Assembly: GCA_041665545.1 (NCBI GenBank)
Contig: JBAYIQ010000001.1
Coordinates: forward strand, 222,448-286,447
From: Patescibacteria group bacterium
Lineage (GTDB): Bacteria > Patescibacteriota > Patescibacteriia > UBA1558 > GWA2-36-10
Direction: 5' to 3'
Length of the DNA stretch: 64,000 nucleotides
Below are positions 28,588-37,166 of the stretch, piece by piece. Position 1 is the first letter of the stretch. Every line of letters starts with the position of its first letter. Under the pieces are notes generated by a model. The model was not told where the DNA came from and searched no databases. It worked only from the letters and a program-made list of their open reading frames with translations. Both the position numbers and the translations under genes were made by a program.

Positions 28588-29553
28588 TTATATTAGTTCG
28601 CCAATAAAATTCTGTTGGCCGATTTGCTCAAAAGAAGCAATCTTATCCTTGTTGGCCATGGCCCACATGGCCTTGGCCATGGCTGATTCAAAAGTGCAAG
28701 CTGTCATGATTATTGCTTCATCAGGACCGTGTACCTGAATAGGGTGATAAAGAAATACTGGAATTTTAGAATCTTTGATTTGTTTTATTTTGGCTGGCTC
28801 TAGTTTGTTTTGGTGATTGAGCTTGATAAACAAAGCATCATAATTATTCTGTTCAAAATTTGTTAGCCAAGTAAGGCCCGGTAAATCGTCAAAAACAAAA
28901 ATATTGGCTTTGATTTTATTGTAAATCTTTGGTTTTCCAGTGTGATAGCCAAGGCCAGATTTGACGCTAATACCAAAATCTACTCGACCCCAATAGTTAT
29001 CATCAATGCTAGCAAATAAATTTAAGCCCGTATCCTTGTCACAAGTGGCACGCACTCCCGGAATAAGCCGAGTGCCAAACATAATAGCTGGCGTAGGCAA
29101 ACTGTAATCCAACACTTGAAAAGCATTTATTAAATTGGAGCGCAAACCCAAATCGTTTTTTTGACCAACAATATTTTTGCTTAGCTCAGCTGTGCCACTA
29201 CGAATGGCTGAGGTCAAAACCACTGTCTTTTTTATATTCTGCAGTAAAAAACTTAAGGCGTTGGCCGTCATTAATAGCTGGTCTGAGCGCGAAACAACCA
29301 CAAAACCACTGCTAGAGTCCAAGCGTTCAGCAATCTGCTTGGCCATTTCTTGCCAATGTTCCGGTGTCAAAATACTGTCTTCTGGGGCAATAAAAATCGG
29401 CTCCACTTCGGCTAATAACCTAAGCTCGGGCATTTGCTTGAGCCAGATTTCAATATCATCAGGACTCTGGATAGTAAGCAACCTTTTGTTCTGATCAAGT
29501 AAAGCTGTGCCACCAGCCAACAACAAAGTAATTTTTTTTCTTACTTTAGTCAT
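28588..29553 (-). CDS. Asparaginase-fold protein with degenerate catalytic motifs
   Basis: LAGGTAL, GFVVVSRSDQL, KTVVLTSA, RSNLINA; likely start MTKVRKK at 29553, overlapping the upstream stop (ATGACTAA). Confidence 0.75.
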   Translation of the reverse strand: MTKVRKKITLLLAGGTALLDQNKRLLTIQSPDDIEIWLKQMPELRLLAEVEPIFIAPEDSILTPEHWQEMAKQIAERLDSSSGFVVVSRSDQLLMTANALSFLLQNIKKTVVLTSAIRSGTAELSKNIVGQKNDLGLRSNLINAFQVLDYSLPTPAIMFGTRLIPGVRATCDKDTGLNLFASIDDNYWGRVDFGISVKSGLGYHTGKPKIYNKIKANIFVFDDLPGLTWLTNFEQNNYDALFIKLNHQNKLEPAKIKQIKDSKIPVFLYHPIQVHGPDEAIIMTACTFESAMAKAMWAMANKDKIASFEQIGQQNFIGELI

Positions 29554-30241
29554 TGATTTTTTCTTTAGGAGAAATAATAAAACCAAAAACAACTAGATTA
29601 ATAAATAGAGTAAATAATGGGCCCATGTGAATGGAAGTAAAATTATCTTTATACATGGAAAATAGATTAAAGTAACTACCAAAAGCAGTACCCATGATAA
29701 CTCCGAATAAAACCAAGCCGATTTGGGTTCTAAATATCCCGTCTGATTTTATATATTTATCGACTAGAAAATAGATTGCTGAAAAAATTACTAAAACCAT
29801 GAAAATAGTATATATTATATAACCAGCATTATTATAAGTTGCAAAATTTATTGATCCAATTCGGACGCTATCTACAAAATAATTGTAGCCAAATATAGTA
29901 TATATAATAATTAAAATACTAACAATATTTATTAACCATTTAAATAATTTATTTATTTGAATTTTTTTATAAGGAAAATAGAGAGAAAAGTAGAATAAAA
30001 AAACTATAACTAACCAGGCCATGGTGTATGGTAGACTAGAGAAAAATCTCAAAGCATCTTCGCTTAAGCTAATATTATAAAAAACTAAGCTAGCAGACCA
30101 GAGAAAAACAAAAAATGTCATCAAACTAAAATATAAATTTATTTTATTTTTTTGGCCACGAAAAAAAACAAACAAACTCATGCCTAAATTTGTCAAACCA
30201 GTAATTGATAAAATTAAATTTTGTGAGTCAGTTAAAATCAT
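29546..30241 (-). CDS. Stand-alone HisKA_7TM-like membrane sensor domain, copy 3
   Basis: ~7 hydrophobic segments; NKINLYF, YFP, GPLFT, ends ISPKEKIND. Confidence 0.8.
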   Translation of the reverse strand: MILTDSQNLILSITGLTNLGMSLFVFFRGQKNKINLYFSLMTFFVFLWSASLVFYNISLSEDALRFFSSLPYTMAWLVIVFLFYFSLYFPYKKIQINKLFKWLINIVSILIIIYTIFGYNYFVDSVRIGSINFATYNNAGYIIYTIFMVLVIFSAIYFLVDKYIKSDGIFRTQIGLVLFGVIMGTAFGSYFNLFSMYKDNFTSIHMGPLFTLFINLVVFGFIISPKEKIND

Positions 30242-30245
30242 ATCT

Positions 30246-30944
30246 TTAATTACTTATTTTTTCTTTAGGGGAAATAACAAAAAACACAACTATGAAATTC
30301 ATTAAAACCGTAAAAATTGGGCCAAGCCAATCAAACCTATAATCATTAAAATATTCAATAAATAAATCAAAATAACTCCCAAATGCCAATCCAATAATAA
30401 TCGCAAACAACAACATTTTAATTTGCTGCTTTACCACGCCCTCTGCCAACTTATATTTTCTGAATAATTTACATAAAGCCCAAACTGCCACTATAACAAA
30501 ATAAACGGCATAAAGAAAAAATCCCGCCTCATTGTAATAAGAAATATACTCATAATTGCTATAGGCCCTAACCGTCTCCGTGATAAATCCCTTGGTATAA
30601 ATAAAAAATGATAAAATTATCGCCATCAATAAAATAAGAAAATGATAACTTTTTTTTAGTTTTTCAATTTGGTAGGGAAAGTGATGAACAAAATAAAATA
30701 AGGAAATAACAATTGCTAACGCGGAAACATAAGTGCTCCTAGCAAACAAACCAACCAAATTTATATCTGAAATCGAGCGTGAGATTAATAGTCCCAAACT
30801 CCAAGTAAAATTAAAAAAGGTCAGTAAACTAAAATATAAATTTATTTTATTTTTTATACCTCGTCTAAAAACAAAAAAAGTCATAAACAAATTAACCAGA
30901 GCAGCAATCAATAAAATAAAATTTTGAGTTGAAAAAATTATCAT
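30246..30944 (-). CDS. Stand-alone HisKA_7TM-like membrane sensor domain, copy 2
   Basis: Paralogue of its neighbours; NKINLYF, HFP, WLGPIFT, ends ISPKEKISN. Confidence 0.8.
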   Translation of the reverse strand: MIIFSTQNFILLIAALVNLFMTFFVFRRGIKNKINLYFSLLTFFNFTWSLGLLISRSISDINLVGLFARSTYVSALAIVISLFYFVHHFPYQIEKLKKSYHFLILLMAIILSFFIYTKGFITETVRAYSNYEYISYYNEAGFFLYAVYFVIVAVWALCKLFRKYKLAEGVVKQQIKMLLFAIIIGLAFGSYFDLFIEYFNDYRFDWLGPIFTVLMNFIVVFFVISPKEKISN

Positions 30945-30948
30945 ATCT

Positions 30949-31644
30949 TTAATTACTTATTTTTTCTCTAGGGGAAATGATGAAATAAAATACTACCGCA
31001 TTCATAAACAAAGTGAACACCGGACCAAACCAAGCATAATGATAATTAGCAAAATAACAAAGTATCAAATCAAAGTAAGCGCCAAAAACCAAACCTATCA
31101 AAATAGCAATAAATAATATTAAAGTTTGTTTTTTGAAATAAATGTCTGGCATTTTAATTTTGCGATACAAGTTTAGTAGAGCTAACCCAGCCACAAAAAT
31201 AAAATAAACCCCATATAAAATATAAAACGGCTTGTTTACATACAGCGTGTATTCATTTCTGGCTAAATCTTTGGTAAAGCTCAATACAAACGCTCCTTTT
31301 GTATAAACGATTATTGATAAAATAAAGGCTGGGGCTAAAAGCACCAGATCATAAATTTTTTTATTTTTACTAGTTTGTAATGGAAAATATTTGGAAAAAA
31401 AGTAGAGCGACAAGGATATCCCCAAGGCAATGGGATAAGCCAAAAGTGCTCCGCCATAAAACCAAAAGTTAATATTTTCACCCATTCGAGCAATCAATAT
31501 TGTCATGGTCCACAGAAAATTAAAAAAAGTAAGCAGACCAAAATACAAGTTTATTTTATTATTAAAACCACGGCTAATAACCACAAAAAACATCATTAAA
31601 TTAACCAAGCCCGCAATCAATAACAATAAATTTTCTATACTCAT
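30949..31644 (-). CDS. Stand-alone HisKA_7TM-like membrane sensor domain, copy 1
   Basis: NKINLYF, YFP, WFGPVFT, ends ISPREKISN. Confidence 0.8.
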   Translation of the reverse strand: MSIENLLLLIAGLVNLMMFFVVISRGFNNKINLYFGLLTFFNFLWTMTILIARMGENINFWFYGGALLAYPIALGISLSLYFFSKYFPLQTSKNKKIYDLVLLAPAFILSIIVYTKGAFVLSFTKDLARNEYTLYVNKPFYILYGVYFIFVAGLALLNLYRKIKMPDIYFKKQTLILFIAILIGLVFGAYFDLILCYFANYHYAWFGPVFTLFMNAVVFYFIISPREKISN

Positions 31645-31670
31645 ATTTATTAATTAATATTGAAAAATAA

Positions 31671-33056
31671 TTATTTTTCTTCCTTATTAGCCATGGCCTG
31701 CTGATAAAGCAACAAACTGCCAATGGCAATATCCAAATATTTGTTCACTTCCTTCAAAAAATCCAGTTGCTGTTGGTAAATCAGCTTTTTATTGTTATCC
31801 AGCATGACTACTCCCAAAAGCTGATTATTATAGTATATTGGGAAAGATATGTCAATATGATGATTAACCAGCTCTTGGCTCAGCTGGGGATCAAGCCCCA
31901 AGTAGTGCACTTCTGGACTATGAAGTAAATCTTGATTTTTAGCCAAATATTTTAAAAGCAAATCCTGCTCCATGTGCAGTGTGCGCTCGCCCACTGGAAA
32001 TACTTGGTGGAAAAAATTAGCATCCCCACGCTTGGACAAATAAATAAATATTTCTTTGTAATCAATCACTTGGGCAATTTCTTTGGACAGTGATGACATC
32101 AATCTATTGAGATCACGACTAGAGCGCAAGATCACGGCAATATTATTTTGCGCTTGAATTATTCTCTCCAAAGGATGATAAATAAAAAACTTAGCCGCCA
32201 CACTGGCTAGACCAAATAAAATAGGTGCGGTCAAACCAAAAAATATCAAAAACAAAATACTATTTATGCTGCGAGAAAAATCCACCTGTACTGGCCCGCT
32301 GAGTACTAAATACAGCAAAGCATAAACCAAGCCAGTCAAAAGCAAGCGCACCAAGTTGACCAAGGTTTTGTAAAAACTTATTTTCAAATCCAAAAAGCGG
32401 TAGCGAAACAAAGCATACACCACAATAGCGGTAAATATCACGCTACTATTAACTCCCAGATAATAAAACTCCACCACTCCCAAAAGTGGTAAGAAAAAAA
32501 TAAAAATCAAAGCCGAGATAGCGGTCAAAGCCGTGGCCACAAAAATATAGTCAATTTGCTTTTTGACTATCTGATCATAGCGACTGCGCTGACGAATCAA
32601 CACTACCAGGCCCCAAGACATGAGGGTGAGAAAATAGGCCGCAAAATAAAAATAAATCGGCCCTGGTACATAAGCGACACTGTTTTGGCCGACGACAATA
32701 CTGCTGACATTATATTTGCTAAAAACAAAGGGCGACATGATATAAGCGGGCAAGAAAAAAAGATGCTGTTTGCTGCGAACTTTTTTCCAACCATCAACCA
32801 GTAAGTAGCTAAGCCAGACAAAGACCGGGGCAATATACAGTGTTGGCAATAAACCAGCGCGCACTCCCAGTAGCAAGGATTGACTGCGTAATAAAAATAA
32901 AATATTAAACAGTTCACTGCTCTGCCATAGCCACAACAAAAAAACCATGATGAAAATTGGCCAGCGCCTTTGCTTATTTTTGTTGAGGAGTATAAAAAAC
33001 AACAAGCCCAGATTGATCAGCCAAACTACTGCTAAAATTAAAGTATCTAGTGTCAT
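31671..33056 (-). CDS. HisKA_7TM-like plus GAF-like protein lacking a kinase output
   Basis: TM region ending YALFRYRFLDL, then a GAF-like region (FPIYYNNQLLGVVML..QLDFL), collinear with the first half of the 18795 kinase; stops before HisKA. Confidence 0.8.
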   Translation of the reverse strand: MTLDTLILAVVWLINLGLLFFILLNKNKQRRWPIFIMVFLLWLWQSSELFNILFLLRSQSLLLGVRAGLLPTLYIAPVFVWLSYLLVDGWKKVRSKQHLFFLPAYIMSPFVFSKYNVSSIVVGQNSVAYVPGPIYFYFAAYFLTLMSWGLVVLIRQRSRYDQIVKKQIDYIFVATALTAISALIFIFFLPLLGVVEFYYLGVNSSVIFTAIVVYALFRYRFLDLKISFYKTLVNLVRLLLTGLVYALLYLVLSGPVQVDFSRSINSILFLIFFGLTAPILFGLASVAAKFFIYHPLERIIQAQNNIAVILRSSRDLNRLMSSLSKEIAQVIDYKEIFIYLSKRGDANFFHQVFPVGERTLHMEQDLLLKYLAKNQDLLHSPEVHYLGLDPQLSQELVNHHIDISFPIYYNNQLLGVVMLDNNKKLIYQQQLDFLKEVNKYLDIAIGSLLLYQQAMANKEEK

Positions 33057-33120
33057 AACGCCGTCTTGTCATTTAAGCCGTCCGTGACATAAATATAGAG
33101 TTTTTGGGATTATTTGTCAA
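33050..33120 (-). promoter_or_regulatory. Sigma70 promoter with tandem GACGGC repeats (7TM operon)
   Basis: TTGACA (33120-33115), 17 nt, TATATT (33097-33092); GACGGC-N11-GACGGC at 33082-33060. Confidence 0.7.
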
Positions 33121-33130
33121 ATAGAAAAAT

Positions 33131-33145
33131 CAACCCGACGAGTTG
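33131..33145. repeat. CAACCCGACG(A/G)GTTG palindrome, copy 1 of 3 (others at 33584-33598 and 60758-60772)
   Basis: Direct sequence comparison. Confidence 0.8.
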
Positions 33146-33147
33146 AA

Positions 33148-33183
33148 AATAGAAAGCCCAGGTATCCGACGATGACCTGGGCT
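33148..33183 (-). terminator. Intrinsic terminator after the tRNA-like gene
   Basis: AGCCCAGGT/ACCTGGGCT stem followed by TTCTATTTT on the minus strand. Confidence 0.7.
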
Positions 33184-33192
33184 CGATAGAAT

Positions 33193-33268
33193 TGGAGCGA
33201 GTAACTGGATTCGAACCAGCAACCTCTTCCATAGCATGGAAGTGTTCTACCAGCTGAACTATACCCGT
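33193..33268 (-). tRNA. 76-nt tRNA-like gene, anticodon GCT (Ser) on a Gly-like class I body; possibly a pseudo-tRNA
   Basis: ACGGGTA TA GTTC AGCTGGTA GAAC A CTTCC ATGCTAT GGAAG AGGTT GCTGG TTCGAAT CCAGT TACTCGC T CCA folds as a full cloverleaf with an A1-C72 mismatch. Confidence 0.85.
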
Positions 33269-33284
33269 TCCAACTTAGCTTGAA

Positions 33285-33389
33285 ACGCTGGCGGGAGGGA
33301 TTGATACCTCATGATGTGCCCTGGACTTGGACACTGCGGGGGTTTGGAGGGAGAAAGTGCAGTGGAAGTCCATAGGCGGCCGCCAGCGT
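33285..33389 (-). ncRNA. Putative structured small RNA with a C-rich apical loop
   Basis: Nested stems ACGCTGGCGG/CCGCCAGCGT, GGACTT/AAGTCC, CACTGC/GCAGTG; lies between a promoter and the tRNA gene. Confidence 0.55.
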
Positions 33390-33422
33390 ATTCGGGAACA
33401 AATGATTGCTCACTACCCTAAA

Positions 33423-33450
33423 ATACTAACACTGACAGTTTTTTTGTCAA
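33423..33450 (-). promoter_or_regulatory. Putative sigma70 promoter for the ncRNA-tRNA unit
   Basis: TTGACA, 16 nt, TAGTAT with a TG extension. Confidence 0.5.
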
Positions 33451-33522
33451 GAAAATAGGTATGCCTCCAGTACCAAGAACTAGAGCTTGTTTATTATCTA
33501 GAGTCAACTAATACCACATCTC

Positions 33523-33571
33523 GCCCCGTAGCGACCCAGCTCCTCGCGAGGAGTTGGGTCGCTTATGGGGT
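33523..33571. repeat. Long GC-rich palindrome (REP-like)
   Basis: CCCCGTA-GCGACCCAGCTCCTC-GC-GAGGAGTTGGGTCGC-TTATGGGG. Confidence 0.7.
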
Positions 33572-33621
33572 CAAATACAAAAACAACCCGACGGGTTGAT
33601 TATTAAAAATTATATTTAATA

Positions 33622-34638
33622 CTAATTATCAATATTTTTCAAAATTTCAAAAAATCTTTGATTGTGTTCGGGTAAGCCAATAGAAACTCGCATCATATTG
33701 TCCGCCAAAAATAAAGCAATAGTAAAATCTTCTTTAGCTATCAATTCTTTTAATTGGTCTATTATTTTTTCATTTACTTTTACCAAAACAAAATTGGTTT
33801 GGGAATCAAAAATTTTAAAATTGTTCAAAGTCCGCACCTGCCCTATCAGCCAATCTCTATCTTTGATAATTTTTTGAGCTGTTTCTTCATAATAACTAGC
33901 TGAATCCAAGGCCGCCAAAGCTACTTTTTCCAAAATAGTGCTAAAACCCAAATAGCGATGCTGGTAAGCTATTAGATCTTTGGCCTGTTCGCCCACCAGA
34001 GCATAACCAATGCGTAAGCCAGCCAAAGCATAATATTTAGAAAATGTTCTGACTATTAATAAATTAGGATATTTTTTCAAAATCTCAATATATTTAGCTG
34101 CTTTATAATTTTTATCATAACCATAATAGGCCTCATCTAATATCAACAAGGTGTCTTTGGTAATATTGGCTAGTACTTTTTCTAAATCCTGAAAAGCCAA
34201 AACATTGCCAGTGGGATTGTTGGGTGATGTCAGTATTAATATTTTGGGCTGATGTTTTTGGTATAGCTTCAGGCAATCATCAATATCAAAAGAAAAATCG
34301 GTGTTATTTTCAATCATTCTAAATTCCACAAATTTTATACCCAAAAAATCCGCGTATTTTTTGAAATAAGCAAAATGCCATTGATTGACCAAAATGGTAT
34401 CTTGCTTGGGATCAAGTTGTAAAAACAAATTTCTAAAAAAATCTTCCAAGCCGTAAAAAATAATAACCTGTTTTTCAGGCAGATTGAATTGCAAAGATAT
34501 TTTTTGAGCTAAAGGAGAATTATAATAGCCCTCTTGGTAATGAATAATGTTGGCCACTGGAAAATTTCTAATGACTGCCAAAACTTCAGGCGCTGGCCCG
34601 TATAAATTTTCGTTGCGATTGATTATCAGTTGCGACAT
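33622..34638 (-). CDS. PLP-dependent class I/II aminotransferase (HisC-like)
   Basis: NENLYG, SPNNPTG, DEAY, RTFSKYYALAGLRIGY; start at 34638 or 34659. Confidence 0.88.
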   Translation of the reverse strand: MSQLIINRNENLYGPAPEVLAVIRNFPVANIIHYQEGYYNSPLAQKISLQFNLPEKQVIIFYGLEDFFRNLFLQLDPKQDTILVNQWHFAYFKKYADFLGIKFVEFRMIENNTDFSFDIDDCLKLYQKHQPKILILTSPNNPTGNVLAFQDLEKVLANITKDTLLILDEAYYGYDKNYKAAKYIEILKKYPNLLIVRTFSKYYALAGLRIGYALVGEQAKDLIAYQHRYLGFSTILEKVALAALDSASYYEETAQKIIKDRDWLIGQVRTLNNFKIFDSQTNFVLVKVNEKIIDQLKELIAKEDFTIALFLADNMMRVSIGLPEHNQRFFEILKNIDN

Positions 34639-34645
34639 GGTTTGA

Positions 34646-36028
34646 TTAAAACTGGACATTTATAGCTTGTTGCCCAGCGTTTGTATCCTCTACTTCTACC
34701 CCCTGCTCTTTCAACTGCTCACGCAAATCATCAGCCAGTTTATAATTTTTACTTTGTCTAGCTATTTCTCGCTTTTTTAGCAAATCTTGAGCATTTTTTG
34801 GTATTTGTAAGGCCCTGCTTCGTAAATTTTTTAAATCCAAACCCAGCACTTCATCCATTTTGTAAACTGTGGCCAATTTCATGCTCCCATCTTCTTTGCT
34901 GGCCAAGAGCTGTTGTAAGACCGCCATGGCCTTGGAAGTATTTAAATCATCACTCAAAGCCAAATAAAAATCCGCTAAATATTTTTCATTTATTTTACCC
35001 GACTTATTTAAAGTCGCCAGACTTTTTACAATATTATGTAAACCGGTTTGCCCGGCGGTCAGTGATCCCCAAGAAAAATTCAAAGGCGTGCGATAATGAT
35101 TTTGCAAAAGTAAGTATCTATAAGCCAGTGGTGATATTTTTTTCTTTTCCAAATCAGTGACCGTGGTGATATTGCCCAAAGACTTGGACATTTTTTGATT
35201 ATCAAATTTCATAAAAGCATTGTGCAGCCAATAATTGGCCTGCAACTTGCCAGTGACGGCTTCTGATTGGGCCATTTCATTGGGGTGATGCACAGTCAGA
35301 TGATCCATGCCACCAGTGTGAATATCAAAAGTATCGCCCAAGGTCAGGCGGCTCATCACTGAACACTCCAAATGCCAACCCGGAAAACCCTTGCCCCAGG
35401 GTGAGTCCCATTCCATATCGCGTTGTGAATTTTTTGGTGAAAATTTCCAAACTGCAAAATCGCTCAAATGTTTTTTTTCGTCATTTTTTTCCACGCGCGC
35501 ACCTTCTTGCAAATCAACATTTTGTAAATTACCCAAAATTCCGTAATCTTTTATTTTGGAAGTATCAAAATATAAACCATCGGAAGTTTTATACAAAAAA
35601 CCTTTTTTATCTAAAATTTTTACAAACTCTATTTGCTCCTTGATAGTTTTGGTTGCTCGCAAAGTTTTTGTTGGCGCTATTATATTTAATTTTTTAGCAT
35701 CAGTCACAAAAACATTGGTATAATAATCGGCGATTTCCCAAGCGCTTTTACCTTCCCGCTTCTTGGCTTTTTCCATCTTATCCTCACCGCTATCAGCATC
35801 TGAGGTCAAATGCCCGACATCGGTGATGTTCATGACGTGCTTGACCTTATACTTTTGCGAATTCAAAAAACGCTTCAAAATATCCCAATATATATAGGGC
35901 ACAAAATTACCAATATGTGGGTAATCATAAACAGTCGGACCACAAGTATACAAACCGACCTGGCCCTTTTTTATGGCCTTAAACTCCTCTTTTTTGCGAG
36001 TTAAGCTGTTGTAAAAATTTATAGACAT
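34646..36028 (-). CDS. cysS: Cysteine-tRNA ligase
   Basis: YTCGPTVY..HIGN, PGWHLECS, KMSKS. Confidence 0.97.
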   Translation of the reverse strand: MSINFYNSLTRKKEEFKAIKKGQVGLYTCGPTVYDYPHIGNFVPYIYWDILKRFLNSQKYKVKHVMNITDVGHLTSDADSGEDKMEKAKKREGKSAWEIADYYTNVFVTDAKKLNIIAPTKTLRATKTIKEQIEFVKILDKKGFLYKTSDGLYFDTSKIKDYGILGNLQNVDLQEGARVEKNDEKKHLSDFAVWKFSPKNSQRDMEWDSPWGKGFPGWHLECSVMSRLTLGDTFDIHTGGMDHLTVHHPNEMAQSEAVTGKLQANYWLHNAFMKFDNQKMSKSLGNITTVTDLEKKKISPLAYRYLLLQNHYRTPLNFSWGSLTAGQTGLHNIVKSLATLNKSGKINEKYLADFYLALSDDLNTSKAMAVLQQLLASKEDGSMKLATVYKMDEVLGLDLKNLRSRALQIPKNAQDLLKKREIARQSKNYKLADDLREQLKEQGVEVEDTNAGQQAINVQF

Positions 36029-36103
36029 ATTAGCATAATAACATAATATATAATTATATCAAAAAATCGCCCCGAGCGTTAGTCGAAGGACGATTTTTTA
36101 AAA

Positions 36104-37105
36104 TTATTTAGCAATTTGTCCAATCATTTCTATTAAGCGACAAGAATACCCCCACTCATTGTCATACCAAGCAATAATTTTGACCATATTGCCGCCAACT
36201 ACTTTGGTCAAGGCCAAATCAACTATAGAACTGCGTGAATCTTTAATAAAATCTGAGGAAACTACTGGCTCATCAGTGACACCCAAAATATTTTTCATTC
36301 TTGGTGATTGACTAGCTTTGATCAAGGCTTTATTTATTTGCTCGACAGTCGCATTTTTTTTCAACACAAAAGTAAAATCAGCCAAAGAAACAACAGCAGT
36401 TGGTACGCGAATAGACAGACCATCAAACAAACCCTCCATCTCTGGTATTACTTGACCAGTGGCAATAGCCGCACCAGTAGTAGTTGGTACAATATTTTGA
36501 GCGGCTGTGCGTCCGCGACGCGGATCTTTGTGTGGACTGTCAACCAAATGCTGATCAGCTGTATAGGAGTGAATAGTGGTCATCATGGCTTTGTCCACAC
36601 CAAAAGTATCTACCATCACTTGCGCCACTGGGGCAATACAATTGGTAGTGCAAGAAGCATTGGAAATTACTTTTTCATTTTTATATTTTTTCTCATTGAC
36701 ACCCAATAAATAAGTCATAACATCGGCACCCTTGGCTGGAGCAGAAATAATTACTTTTTTGGCGCCAGCTTTGATATGCAAACTGGCTTGTTCACTTTTT
36801 ACAAAACGGCCAGTACATTCCAAAACTACATCTATTTTTAATTTCTTCCAAGGCAATTTATCTGGCTCAGGCACAGCTGTCACTAAAAATTTTTTGCCAT
36901 TAACTATAATATTATTATCCTTGGCTGATACTTTTTTATTATAGCGACCATACATAGTGTCGTATTTCAATAAATAGGCCAGAGCATCAGCCGGAGCCAA
37001 ATCATTGATGGCTACTACTTCATACTTGGAGCTATCCAACATTATTTTGAAGGCCGCCCGACCAATGCGACCAAAACCATTGATTGCTACTTTTATTTTT
37101 GCCAT
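36104..37105 (-). CDS. gap: Type I glyceraldehyde-3-phosphate dehydrogenase
   Basis: INGFGRIGR, SNASCTTNC, WYDNEWGY. Confidence 0.98.
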   Translation of the reverse strand: MAKIKVAINGFGRIGRAAFKIMLDSSKYEVVAINDLAPADALAYLLKYDTMYGRYNKKVSAKDNNIIVNGKKFLVTAVPEPDKLPWKKLKIDVVLECTGRFVKSEQASLHIKAGAKKVIISAPAKGADVMTYLLGVNEKKYKNEKVISNASCTTNCIAPVAQVMVDTFGVDKAMMTTIHSYTADQHLVDSPHKDPRRGRTAAQNIVPTTTGAAIATGQVIPEMEGLFDGLSIRVPTAVVSLADFTFVLKKNATVEQINKALIKASQSPRMKNILGVTDEPVVSSDFIKDSRSSIVDLALTKVVGGNMVKIIAWYDNEWGYSCRLIEMIGQIAK

Positions 37106-37166
37106 ATTTTTTACCTTGTTAAATAATATTTAAGCGTCTATATTATACCAAATTTTAAAGCAAAAG

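Noticed and set aside
33357-33458. 33-codon plus-strand ORF (GTG start) behind GGAGGGAG
   Set aside because: It overlaps the RNA stem and the opposite-strand promoter, and has no supporting features. Not fully excluded.
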